From: Antedon mediterranea
Taxonomy: Eukaryota; Animalia; Echinodermata
Length of the DNA stretch: 64,000 nucleotides
Assembly (NCBI RefSeq): GCF_964355755.1
Contig: NC_092673.1
Location: forward strand, 36,081,648-36,145,647
Reading direction: 5' to 3'
Shown here: positions 13,401 to 25,960 of the stretch, one piece after another
Layout: the number at the start of each line of letters is the position of its first letter
How positions within the stretch are numbered: position 1 is the stretch's first letter
Position numbers and translations under genes: made by a program
The notes under the pieces: model-generated
What the model was told of the DNA's origin: nothing
The model's input: only the letters and a program-made list of their open reading frames with translations
Database searches by the model: none

Positions 13401-16400
13401 AATCTTTTAGGACAACTACCTCCGTAGGACAACTAACCCCTGGACAACTACCACCCAGAAAACTATACCTTTAGAACAACTAACCCCCGGACGGACAACT
13501 ACCACCCAGACCATTCAACAACCTGACTCTGCAACAGCGTATAATAAGAATTAATAACTATATTTTATTTCGTTACTTTGACGAATTACTATTCATTATT
13601 GTAAACAAAAGTAAAAGATTGAACATAAATATAGCCTGGTATAAACTGAAGATTGTCACACATGATCATAGGATAGTCGAACGTATTATATAGTACTCCC
13701 TGTATTTACTGTAAAGACTGGGTTCGCTAATAATAATAATAATTTTTGCGTCAGGACAATGCTTCGATAACCACTGGTCTTAAAAGAATTAATTTTTGTC
13801 TCAAATTTGTCATTTGTATTTTTGTACACTTGAAGAATAATATCACTTTTGATATTTGACCTCAATGTTCACTCACCGAATAAACGGCGATCTTTAAATA
13901 AATTCCCCTCAAATAAACGGTGACCGTACCATGTCACTCCCATGACACATCATATGGAATAATCGGCGTCTATTTCCATTAGATTATACCCCCTCCCATT
14001 GAATAAACAACTTTCTTCCAATAAATGTCCACCTAAAAACCACCTAAACAATAAACAGCCCAGACCGTTTTTTCAATAAATACGGTACTTTAAATCTAGC
14101 ACATCTAGGGTCTAGCGTGCTGTTAAACAGAATAATCGGTTAAAAACGGGTGTTTCGAAACTAGAGACCCGAGACCAGAGACCAGAGATCCGAGACCCAA
14201 TACGAAAAGGGAGACCTAAATATACGAAAAGGGAGACCCACGTACAAAAAGGGAGACCCCACTATACGAAAAGGGAGACCCCACTATACGAAAAGGGAGA
14301 CCCCACTATACGAAAAGGGAGACCCCACTATACGAAAAGGGAGACCCTAATATACGAAAAGGGAGACCTAAATATACGAAAAGGGAGACCAAATATACGA
14401 AAAGGAAGACCCAAATATACGAAATGGGAGACTCAAATATACGAAAAGGGATACCCACTATAAGAAAAGGGAGACCCCCCTATACGAAAAGAGAGACCAC
14501 ACTATACGAAAAGGGAGACCCTAATATACGAAAATGGAGACCCAAATATAGGTCTCCCTTTTCATATTGGGTCTCGTGTCAGGTCTCTGGTCTCGGGTCT
14601 CTAGTTTCGAAACACCCGTTAAAAACAGATGATTTCATTTTTACAGAAACCGGTCCTATATAGGCCTATTTGTCTACTTTTAGATTGGGGGGGGGGGTAG
14701 TTGACCGGGGGGGTAGTTGACCGGGGGTGTAGTTGACCGGGGGGGGTAGTTGACCGGGGGGGGGTAGTTGACCGGGGGATAGTTGACCGGGGGGGTAGTT
14801 GACCGGGGGGGTAGTTGACCGGGGGGGTAGTTGACCGGGGGGTAGTTGACCGGGGGGTAGTTGACCGGGGGAGTAGTTGACCGGGGGAGTAGTTGACCGG
14901 GGGAGTGGTTGTCCTAAGGGGGTGGTTGTCCTAAGGGGGTGGTTGTCCTAAGGGGGGTGGTTGTCCTAAGGGGGGTGGTTGTCCTAAGGGGGGTGGTTGT
15001 CCTAAGGGGGTGGTTGTCCTAAGGGGGTGGTTGTACTAAGGGGGTGGTTGTACTAAGGGGGTGGTTGTCCTAAGGGGGTGGTTGTCCTAAGGGGGTGGTT
15101 GTCCTAAGGGGGTGGTTGTCCTAAGGGGGTGGTTGTCCTAGGGGGGTTGTAGTTGTCCTAGGGGGGTTGTAGTTGTCCTAGGGGGGTTGTTGTTGTCCTA
15201 GGGGGGTTGTTGTTGTCCTAGGGGGGTAGTTGTTGTCCTAGGGGGGTTGTTGTCCTAAGGGGGTAGTTGTCCTAAGGGGGTAGTTGTCCTAAGGGGGTAG
15301 TTGTCCTAAGGGGGTAGTTTTTCCGGGGGGTAGTTTTTCCGGGGGGTAGTTTTTCCGGGGGGTAGTTTTTCCGGGGGGTAGTTTTTCCGGGGGGTAGTTT
15401 TTCCGGGGGGTAGGTTGTCCGGGGGGTAGGTTGTCCGGGGGGTAGTTGTCCTAAGGGGGTAGTTGTCCTAAGGGGGTAGTTGTCCTAAGGGGGTAGTTGT
15501 CCTACTAAGGGGGTAGTTGTCCTACTAAGGGGGTAGTTGTCCTACTAAGGGGGTAGTTGTCCTACTAAGGGGGTAGTTGTCCGGGTGGTAAACATCCGGG
15601 GGGTAACTGTCTAGGGGGTAGGTGTCCTAGAACCGTTCTTTCAATGTAATATCTTTCTCAGACATGTAAAAGTATAATGTGTAGGTCCAGTATTTATGCT
15701 GTGATGTTTGTATTTGATAGGTTATAGATCAGGAACTCATGATGGAAAGAAAGATGCGTTCAAAATCACAGAAGTTTTATCATAAAATGTTGGAGGCCCA
15801 GCAAACAAAAGGTAATTTAAGTTGCAATCATTTTACTATATTCATTTATTTTAAAATGTTGTAGGAAACATTTATGTTTAAATTTTACAGTGTAATAATA
15901 AGAATATAATAGTATCAATAGGCTAAATAATAATTGAAGTTGTTGTTACTTGTAAAAAAATACTAAAAAAATAAGAAAAGATGTCTTGAAATTAACTATA
16001 CAATATTATTGTTTCAATATGAAAGCAGCGTTTCCAAAATTAGAACCAGCTCTCCATGAACTTTTAACATCACTATCTCAGAATGGTAATTGTTTGGTAA
16101 CAGCAAATAATTGCTTACTATTAAGAATTTGCTTTCTGTGTTAATTTAGCATGCATGTTAAACATGATGAAATATTGTGGAGTTTGAAGCTACAGTTTGC
16201 ATTTATAGTTTAAATTTAATCTTGATATTTTGTGCATTGTGTGTCAACAAATATATTTAATTTTAATGTATGTTTGTTATCCCTTTTGTTTTATTAATGT
16301 CTATAGCTCCACCTGCTAATTACTGTTATTATTATGTTTCGTATTGCTATTTTCTGTTATGGCACGGCATGCACTGTTATGTATCATTCAATTCATTTTC

Positions 16401-19400
16401 ATAAAGCAATGTTAAAATTTGTTTGTATGTGTGTGATGATATTTTTAATATGTTATTGAAGTTTTTTTTAGAATTTAATGTAGCTAAGTTTCTACCGCTG
16501 CCTTGAAAGTGATGATGATAAAATTTGCTTGATTTTAAATATACAATGCTCAGATTCTAAAATTCTGAACTGTTTTTTTCTACAGGAACAGATTATAAGA
16601 CTATGGTAATTAGAGTTGGAAAAGAAATTGATGAAATGACAAATAAAATTGAATTTCTAGAATCTGCAAAACGTCATCTAGAGATGCTTTATTCCGAGCA
16701 GTGGGGTCTAGACCATTCCTTACTATACACATTTGCAACAAGGTAATATTTTAACAACATGTATATTTAATATGGCTTATTTTGATCATGTTTGTATATG
16801 TCACTCGCAAACTGAATTTTTGTTATTTCAGTATGGGACAGGAACCAATGTATCTTCACCATAGTCAGGAAGAATGTCCTTTGCTGTTGTTTCATTATAT
16901 AAAATCAGGTTCAACTTTGCAGGCAGGAGAGCCACTTGGACTATTCTCATACCTTTATGCCAGGTAAAGTTTGTCTACTTTATATACAATAATAGCACAA
17001 TCAAATTTGTGAGCTTGCATGTTGCTCTGTATGTGGAAGGTGTAATATTTATATAAAGTGTAGTAAGAGCCAACTAATGCTACTCATAATTCAAGTCATA
17101 GTATGTATTGATACTGTATAATAATGGTTCTTTAAATTGCTTTTTTGTTTTCAGACAAGCGCTTCTGGATGGTTACATTCATTATTTTTTCTCTACCTAC
17201 CACTACTATGCAACAACAGATGAAATATTTAAGTTCATTGTCGATAAATTCTGTGCTGCCAGAAGGTAACCATTTTTAAACAATATATCTGCTGTATACC
17301 TATTAAGGGTAATCAAACACAAATTTCCAAATTAATATGATAAAATAAAATATTTCTTTTGATATTTCAGTATGAGCTCAGCTCAGGCAGAAAGCAGAAC
17401 TAAAATCTTGTGCCGGACAATTGATATTCTACAAGTATGGATTGAGAATTACTATGCTGTTGATTTTCGACCAAACTTAAATCTTGTTAATCAGTTGACA
17501 GATTTTATTACAGAAAAGGTTAGACATAAACTTCTCTATAATACATACATACAAAATAAAAAGCTAATGATTTAAAGTTACTCTGTATTCAATAATGCTA
17601 TTTGCTATGCTATTTTATATAAATCAATTGAAGAATTTTATAGTTTTATCTCAATTTTATAGGAATTCATGTTGTTTTTGTGTGTTATTCATTTTATGTA
17701 AGTATGTCTATGTGAAGAGCCTCTTGACGGTTATTTTTATTTATAACTTTTAGGTGATCCGGCCTCATTTATTTACTTTTATGTTTTTTTATGTCTTACT
17801 TTGTACTGACTGTATATTGGCGAAATAAATGATATGATATGATATTTATTTATTGGAGTGCGTTTGTAATCAAATCAGGAAAACCATTACATTAGTTTGG
17901 ATGTGGTTATAATAAAAAGGGTGAGAATTATTTAAAATGCGTAGAAATTTTATTTATAATTAGATCTATGTTTGAATAATGCATTATGATATTGTTTGTT
18001 TTTACAGATAATATCTGTTGATGCACAGGGTGAATGTTTGCTGAAACTGTTAAAGAAATGTCAACAAGAAAAAGAAAAGGATATGTTGTTGGAAACATTA
18101 AGAAGACATCAGGAATGTGGAAATCATGCTAAACCAAAGAAAGTAAGTTTAGAATTAACCAAGTCATGATAAACCAAAGAAAGTAAGTTTAGAATTAACC
18201 AAGTCATGCTAAACCAAAGAAAGTAAGTTTAGAATTAACCAAGTCATGCTAAACCAAAGAAAGTAAGTTTAGAATTAACCAAGTCATGCTAAACCAAAGA
18301 AAGTAAGTTTAGAATTAACCAAGTCATGCTAAAGCAAAGAAAGTAAGTTTAGAATTAACCAAGTCATGCTAAACCAAAGAAAGTAAGTTTAGAATTAACC
18401 AAGTCATGCTAAAGCAAAGAAAGTAAGTTTAGAATTAACCAAGTCATGCTAAACCAAAGAAAGTAAGTTTAGAATTAACCAAGTCATGCTAAACCAAAGA
18501 AAGTAAGTTTAGAATTAACCAAGTCATGCTAAACCAAAGAAAGTAAGTTTAGAATTAACCAAGTCATGCTAAACCAAAGAAAGTAAGTTTAGAATTAACC
18601 AAGTCATGCTAAACCAAAGAAAGTAAGTTTAGAATTAACCAAGTCATGCTAAACCAAAGAAAGTAAGTTTAGAATTAACCAAGTCATGCTAAAGCAAAGA
18701 AAGTAAGTTTAGAATTAACCAAGTCATGCTAAACCAAAGAAAGTAAGTTTAGAATTAACCAAGTCATGCTAAACCAAAGAAAGTAAGTTTAGAATTAACC
18801 AAGTCATGCTAAACCAAAGAAAGTAAGTTTAGAATTAACCAAGTCATGCTAAACCAAAGAAAGTAAGTTTAGAATTAACCAAGTCATGCTAAAGCAAAGA
18901 AAGTAAGTTTAGAATTAACCAAGTCATGCTAAACCAAAGAAAGTAAGTTTAGAATTAACCAAGTCATGCTAAACCAAAAAAAGTAAGTTTAGAATTAACC
19001 AAGTCATGCTAAACCAAAGAAAGTAAGTTTAGAATTAACCAAGTCATGCTAAACCAAAGAAAGTAAGTTTAGAATTAACCAAGTCATGCTAAACCAAAGA
19101 AAGTAAGTTTAGAATTAACCAAGTCATGCTAAACCAAAGAAAGTAAGTTTAGAATTAACCAAGTCATGCTAAACCAAAGAAAGTAAGTTTAGAATTAACC
19201 AAGTCATGCTAAACCAAAGAAAGTAAGTTTAGAATTAACCAAGTCATGCTAAACCAAAGAAAGTAAGTTTAGAATTAACCAAGTCATGCTAAACCAAAGA
19301 AAGTAAGTTTAGAATTAACCAAGTCATGCTAAAGCAAAGAAAGTAAGTTTAGAATTAACCAAGTCATGATAAACCAAAGAAAGTAAGTTTAGAATTAACC

Positions 19401-22400
19401 AAGTCATGCTAAACCAAAGAAAGTAAGTTTAGAATTAACCAAGTCATGCTAAACCAAAGAAAGTAAGTTTAGAATTAACCAAGTCATGCTAAACCAAAGA
19501 AAGTAAGTTTAGAATTAACCAAGTCATGCTAAAGCAAAGAAAGTAAGTTTAGAATTAACCAAGTCATGCTAAACCAAAGAAAGTAAGTTTAGAATTAACC
19601 AAGTCATGCTAAAGCAAAGAAAGTAAGTTTAGAATTAACCAAGTCATGCTAAACCAAAGAAAGTAAGTTTAGAATTAACCAAGTCATGCTAAACCAAAGA
19701 AAGTAAGTTTAGAATTAACCAAGTCATGCTAAACCAAAGAAAGTAAGTTTAGAATTAACCAAGTCATGCTAAACCAAAGAAAGTAAGTTTAGAATTAACC
19801 AAGTCATGCTAAACCAAAGAAAGTAAGTTTAGAATTAACCAAGTCATGCTAAACCAAAGAAAGTAAGTTTAGAATTAACCAAGTCATGCTAAAGCAAAGA
19901 AAGTAAGTTTAGAATTAACCAAGTCATGCTAAACCAAAGAAAGTAAGTTTAGAATTAACCAAGTCATGCTAAACCAAAGAAAGTAAGTTTAGAATTAACC
20001 AAGTCATGCTAAACCAAAGAAAGTAAGTTTAGAATTAACCAAGTCATGCTAAACCAAAGAAAGTAAGTTTAGAATTAACCAAGTCATGCTAAAGCAAAGA
20101 AAGTAAGTTTAGAATTAACCAAGTCATGCTAAACCAAAGAAAGTAAGTTTAGAATTAACCAAGTCATGCTAAACCAAAAAAAGTAAGTTTAGAATTAACC
20201 AAGTAATGCTAAACCAAAGAAAGTAAGTTTAGAATTAACCAAGTCATGCTAAACCAAAGAAAGTAAGTTTAGAATTAACCAAGTCATGCTAAACCAAAGA
20301 AAGTAAGTTTAGAATTAACCAAGTCATGCTAAACCAAAGAAAGTAAGTTTAGAATTAACCAAGTCATGCTAAACCAAAGAAAGTAAGTTTAGAATTAACC
20401 AAGTCATGCTAAACCAAAGAAAGTAAGTTTAGAATTAACCAAGTCATGCTAAACCAAAGAAAGTAAGTTTAGAATTAACCAAGTCATGCTAAACCAAAGA
20501 AAGTAAGTTTAGAATTAACCAAGTCATGCTAAAGCAAAGAAAGTAAGTTTAGAATTAAACAAGTCATGCTAAAGCAAAGAAAGTAAGTTTAGAATTAACC
20601 AAGTCATGCTAAAGCAAAGAAAGTAAGTTTAGAATTAACCAAGTCATGCTAAAGCAAAGAAAGTAAGTTTAGAATTAACCAAGTCATGCTAAAGCAAAGA
20701 AAGTAAGTTTAGAATTAACCAAGTCATGATAAACCAAAAAGTAAGTTTAGAATTAACCAAGTCATGCTAAAGCAAAGAAAGTAAGTTTAGAATTAACCAA
20801 GTCATGCTAAAGCAAAGAAAGTAAGTTTAGAATTAACCAAGTCACGATAAACCAAAAAGTAAGTTTAGAATTAACCAAGTCACGATAAACCAAAAAGTAA
20901 GTTTAGAATTAACCAAGTCATGATAAACCAAAAAGCAAGTTTAAAATTAAACAAGTCATGATAAACCAAAAAGTAAGTTTAGAATTAACCAAGTCACAAT
21001 AAACCAAAAAGTAAGTTTAGAATTAACCAAGTCATGATAAACCAAAAAGTAAGTTTAGAATTAACCAAGTCACGATAAACCAAAAAGTAAGTTTAGAATT
21101 AACCAAGTCACGATAAACCAAAAAGTAGGTTTAGAATTAACCAAGTCACGATAAACCAAAAAGTAAGTTTAGAATTAACCAAGTCACGATAAACCAAAAA
21201 GTAAGTTTAGAATTAACCAAGTCATGATAAACCAAAAAGTAAGTTTAGAATTAACCAAGTCACGATAAACCAAAAAGTAAGTTTAGAATTAACCAAGTCA
21301 TGATAAACCAAAGAAAGTAAGTTTAATGTAATGTAATGTTGTTCGATTTATAAAGCACTTATACAATCAAAAGATTGTCCCAAAGCACTAAGAGAAAAAA
21401 CAGAAAGAAATTACAAAGAAAAAAGATTGGTTTTTAAGAGTGTTTTTAAAACTATGATAAAGGATGCATTTTTGATAGTTTAGGAGTATAGCTTATCCAT
21501 TTCCCCAGATGTGCTTGTTCTGCATCATGTATGATTAATTGGATGTATTGGAAGCATGGAGTAAATAATTACTCCAGGCTTAGAAGTGAAGTAATGAAGG
21601 TTCATCGTTTTCTTATTGTCTCTTTATAGAGGTACTCTATTCGAGAAGTATTGAGTGTTCCATCACGTGCACTGCGAGCTGAAAAGATGCCCAGTGGCGT
21701 TGCATCATGCTTTTCAGCAGCACATAAGAAAGAGTCTATGGAGACACAGTCTATTTACATACCTGTACAATCTGGTGATAAAGAATTTACAATGAGTGAA
21801 CACACAGCACAGAGACTGGCATACCAGCTTACACTTATGCAACAGGTAATTTATATTTACATACTTCATCTCTATTCCAAAATTTCACGTCATGTATTTC
21901 TACCTCGATATTTAGATCTTGTCAATGCAGTTTAAGTTTAAAAAACAATGAATCATTGGAATAGTGTAGCTTGGGCTAGGCATGGGTTAGGTTAGAGTAA
22001 TATTACACTGATATGAGCATATAAGTGCACAAACTCATTATTCTACAGGAATTGTTCCGTAAGGTCCATCCAGTACACTACCTAAACTCTCGCTACAATG
22101 GTATTGGTGTCGGCATGGAAGTGGATGTATCTTTGTCATCTCCTTCCATATCTCGTGCTGAGGTAGAACAAGACTATCCTAACTTGTTTGTTAATACACT
22201 CGGTGATGAGGGACTTGTTCATATACAGTTGGAGCATGCTCGTGAAGTGTCACACTGGGTTGCGGCTGAGGTTGTTACATCAGTTAGTCAAAAGGTAAGC
22301 AAGTGTCACACTGGGTTGCAGCTGAGGTTGTTACATCAGTTAGTCAAAAGGTAAGCAAGTGTCACACTGGGTTGCGGCTGAGGTTGTTACATCAGTTAGT

Positions 22401-25400
22401 CAAAAGGTAAGCAAGTGTCACACTGGGTTGCGGCTGAGGTTGTTACATCAGTTAGTCAAAAGGTAAGCAAGTGTCACACTGGGTTGCGGCTGAGGTTGTT
22501 ACATCAGTTAGTCAAAAGGTAAGCAAGTGTCACACTGGGTTGTGGCTGAGGTTGTTACATCAGTTAGTCAAAAGGTAAGCAAGTGTCACACTGGGTTGCG
22601 GCTGAGGTTGTTACATCAGTTAGTCAAAAGGTAAGCAAGTGTCACACTGGGTTGCGGCTGAGGTTGTTACATCAGTTAGTCAAAAGGTAAGCAAGTGTCA
22701 CACTGGGTTGCGGCTGAGGTTGTTACATCAGTTAGTCAAAAGGTAAGCAAGTGTCACACTGGGTTGCGGCTGAGGTTGTTACATCAGTTAGTCAAAAGGT
22801 AAGCAAGTGTCACACTGGGTTGCGGCTGAGGTTGTTACATCAGTTAGTCAAAAGGTAAGCAAGTGTCACACTGGGTTGCAGCTGAGGTTTTTACATCAGT
22901 TAGTCAAAAGGTAAGCAAGTGTCACACTGGGTTGCGGCTGAGGTTGTTACATCAGTTAGTCAAAAGGTAAGCAAGTGTCACACTGGGTTGCGGCTGAGGT
23001 TGTTACATCAGTTAGTCAAAAGGTAAGCAAGTGTCACACTGGGTTGCAGCTGAGGTTGTTACATCAGTTAGTCAAAAGGTAAGCAAGTGTCACACTGGGT
23101 TGCAGCTGAGGTTGTTACATCAGTTAGTCAAAAGGTAAGCAAGTGTCACACTGGGTTGCGGCTGAGGTTGTTACATCAGTTAGTCAAAAGGTAAGCAAGT
23201 GTCACACTGGGTTGCGGCTGAGGTTGTTACATCAGTTAGTCAAAAGGTAAGCAAGTGTCACACTGGGTTGCAGCTGAGGTTGTTACATCAGTTAGTCAAA
23301 AGGTAAGCAAGTGTCACACTGGGTTGCGGCTGAGGTTGTTACATCAGTTAGTCAAAAGGTAAGCAAGTGTCACACTGGGTTGCGGCTGAGGTTGTTACAT
23401 CAGTTAGTCAAAAGGTAAGCAAGTGTCACACTGGGTTGCAGCTGAGGTTGTTACATCAGTTAGTCAAAAGGTAAGCAAGTGTCACACTGGGTTGCTGCTG
23501 AGGTTGTTACATCAGTTAGTCAAAAGGTAAGCATCACGCTACAAATTTAGTTGTTATGTTTCTATTTGAATACAATCATATTTCAAATGTACATAAAAAC
23601 AGAGGTTTTTTTTGTTTTGAAAGATACCATGTTCAACTGGTGTAAATTAAAATCTTGTTCATTGTGAGATAAAAATATTACATTTTTCGTTATTTTTTCA
23701 AGTACCAAACAGCAATCCTGTGTAAGTTCATAATGATAGCTAGAGAGTGCTATGATATGAGGAATTTAGCCACCTGTATGCAGATTATTGATGCTCTAGA
23801 AAGCCTGATTGTAAGACAAGTACCGGTAGGTTTACATACTTGTGTTGCTTTTTTTTTTTATCAAATAAATTAAACTCATGGAGTCGCTATGTAAACTGCA
23901 CTACTACAAAGTTCTCTCTTCTTAAAGGCCTGGCGGAATCTTCCAAGTAAGATTGGAAGTAGTTTTGAAAAGTTAAAGGCGGCCAAAATCATTTTGAAAG
24001 GTGATGGAGAAAGCCTAATAAAGAATAACATTCATCATGACAAACCTACATTACCATGTTCATTGTTCCTACTGATGCATCTACAAAGTGCTGAGATCGG
24101 TGGATTCACACTTGCTAATGGCATGTATAAGTGGACAAAAATGAAGTAAGAATAATTTATATCTTTTTATCTCATTAAACATATTATTTATCGATTGACT
24201 AAAAACACTAAACTAATAAAAATCATTTTGTAAAAATTGATTGAAAAATTTACTGCATATAAAATGTTGCTCAAGTAGTGCAAAAATTCATTCTACTGTA
24301 TATTGCACAATTGTACACAGTTTGTAAACATATTTTGTTCAGGCTGACTGTCAAATAGGCTACTACTAATTGTACACAATTGTACACAGTTTGTAAACAT
24401 ATTTTGTTCAGGCTGACTGTCAAATAGGCTACTACTAATTGTGCACAATTGTACACAGTTTGTAAACATATTTTGTTCAGGCTGACTGTCAAATAGGCTA
24501 CTACTAATTGTACACAATTGTACACAGTTTGTAAACATATTTTGTTCAGGCTGACTGTCAAATAGGCTACTACTAATTGTGCACAATTGTACACAGTTTG
24601 TAAATATATTTTGTTGAGGCTGACTGTCAAATAGGCTACTACTAATTGTGCACAATTGTACACAGTTTGTAAACATATTTTGTTGAGGCTGACTGTCAAA
24701 TAGGCTACTACTAATTGTGCACAATTGTACACTGTTTGTAAACATATTTTGTTCAGGCTGACTGTCAAATAGGCTACTACTAAGTGTGCACAATTGTACA
24801 CAGTTTGTAAACATATTTTGTTGAGGCTGACTGTCAAATAGGCTACTACTAATTGTGCACAATTGTACACAGTTTGTAAACATATTTTGTTCAGGCTGAC
24901 TGTCAAATAGGCTACTACTAATTGTACACAATTGTACACAGTTTGTAAACATATTTTGTTGAGGCTGACTGTCAAATAGGCTACTACTAATTGTGCACAA
25001 TTGTACACAGTTTGTAAACATATTTTGTTCAGGCTGACTGTCAAATAGGCTACTACTAATTGTACACAATTGTACACAGTTTGTAAACATATTTTGTTCA
25101 GGCTGACTGTCAAATAGGCTACTACTAATTAACTATTTTAACTTTTATTATGCAAATTTTCACATTTTCAAGTAAATATTTCAGATACACTTAGTGTAGT
25201 TTATGCAACATTTTCTTACTTTTTCAGATCTATTGCAAAACTTGTCGACCAGATTAGAGTGTTCCAGAATCATACTTTTACCTTTGAATCTGACGCTGAA
25301 CTTCAGGAGTTGCTACAGAAACGCATCCTTCAAATGAATGACCATGACATACACTCATTGGCTGCCCAGCATTCGGCTAATTTTCACCAGCTTGCTTCAG

Positions 25401-25465
25401 AAAAGAGCTCAAATCGTTTTAAAGTAGCGTTTAAAAAAGTTAAACATTACACTGAAACTTTTTAA
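4410..25465 (+). CDS. KNDC1: KIND-domain RasGEF (very-KIND / KNDC1), 17 coding exons
   Basis: Phase-consistent GT-AG exons: 4410-4668, 6268-6326, 8098-8350, 8482-11250, 11343-11490, 11682-12714, 15721-15811, 16586-16742, 16832-16963, 17155-17265, 17371-17518, 18008-18142, 21630-21845, 22049-22294, 23703-23825, 23928-24145, 25228-25465. N-terminal KIND motifs (LSDIL...LLEDELWAVCKE, YLPPE, GHLYSLA), the KNDC1-like block FAFDGYLENGVEDLQMGEYIVSL...ITEKFCDLYWEEDLL, REM (ILQVWIENYYAVDF) and RasGEF (LAYQLTLMQQELF, VSHWVAAEVV, RNLATCMQII) segments. Confidence 0.9.
5242..5320. repeat. 25-bp tandem repeat x3 in a KNDC1 intron
   Basis: aagttagtagcataacattttgtgg repeated three times. Confidence 0.85.
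6400..6744. mobile_element. Non-autonomous TIR element with TTAA flanks (Kolobok-like MITE)
   Basis: Left ttaa-gatgtattgtcctcc and right gggggacaatatatct-ttaa are imperfect inverted repeats. Homologous copies in this window at about 26646-26900, 34560-34787 and 37254-37576 (inverted) share ttttggtcaaagtgaataact...gacattaaaatggcatattaaacaaaaa. Superfamily call is inferred from the TTAA target and purine-start termini. Confidence 0.7.
12764..15635. mobile_element. Foldback-like element with long, internally repetitive inverted arms
   Basis: Left arm (about 12764-13510) is made of ggacaactacccc(c)-type 15-17-mers; right arm (about 14688-15635) is made of the reverse complement gggggtagttgtcc-type units. 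It fills most of KNDC1 intron 12715-15720. No clear target-site duplication and no transposase ORF. Confidence 0.75.
14148..14617. mobile_element. MITE with 9-bp target-site duplication (Mutator-like), nested inside the foldback element
   Basis: TIRs gggtgtttcgaaactagagacccgagaccagagacc / ggtctctggtctcgggtctctagtttcgaaacaccc. Perfect direct repeat gttaaaaac at 14139-14147 and 14618-14626. Interior is a 22-23-bp tandem repeat (tatacgaaaagggagacccca). Confidence 0.85.
18124..21325 (+). repeat. 40-bp (38-bp distally) tandem array, about 80 copies, spanning a KNDC1 exon end and 5' splice site
   Basis: Unit tcatgctaaaccaaagaaa|gtaagtttagaattaaccaag; the first copy is the real end of exon 18008-18142. 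Confidence 0.95.
22245..23532 (+). repeat. 56-bp tandem array, 23 copies, spanning a KNDC1 exon end and 5' splice site
   Basis: Unit aagtgtcacactgggttgcggctgaggttgttacatcagttagtcaaaag|gtaagc; donor GT at 22295 + 56n up to 23527. Confidence 0.95.
24305..25130. repeat. 69-bp tandem array, about 12 copies, in the last KNDC1 intron
   Basis: Unit cacaattgtacacagtttgtaaacatattttgttcaggctgactgtcaaataggctactactaattgt(g/a); the period is divisible by 3, which explains the repetitive minus-strand ORFs. Confidence 0.92.
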
Positions 25466-25960
25466 ACTATAATAATTATAGTAATATCTTATTGTTTGCC
25501 TCTCTGCCAATGACATTTAGTCAGGTTAACATTTTATGCTGTCCTGTTCGTTTTAATGACAATATGAATTAAAAAAATAGTATACATAATAATATAATAA
25601 TAATATATATAGTGTATATATATGCAGTATTAAACAAGTTTTAAATATGACAATCTAAAAAAACATTTTTAATTTTAATGTGTGTGAAAATATCAATGTG
25701 TGTCATATATTATATATTCAATCTATTTTATGTACAGTACTACAATAAATGTTTTAAATATCTAAGATGTAAAATTTAACTGAAAGAAGAAGTTGCGATA
25801 AATCATTGAGGTGTTGAAATCAATAAAGGAAACTTAAATACGTTAAATTACAAATTATTGGTTGGGAAGTTTATGAAAATTTGTCAATTTTAAATGAATG
25901 TGAAATAAGGTTATAAAATACATCACAGTGACTTGGTTTGCCACAAACTGACGCATCCAG

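Noticed and set aside
14424-14663. 79-aa ORF with IRKG repeats
   Set aside because: Translation of the MITE's internal minisatellite.
24271-25113. 280-aa and 265-aa repetitive minus-strand ORFs
   Set aside because: By-product of a 69-bp (3n) tandem repeat inside a KNDC1 intron; two frames are open, with no unique domain or gene context.
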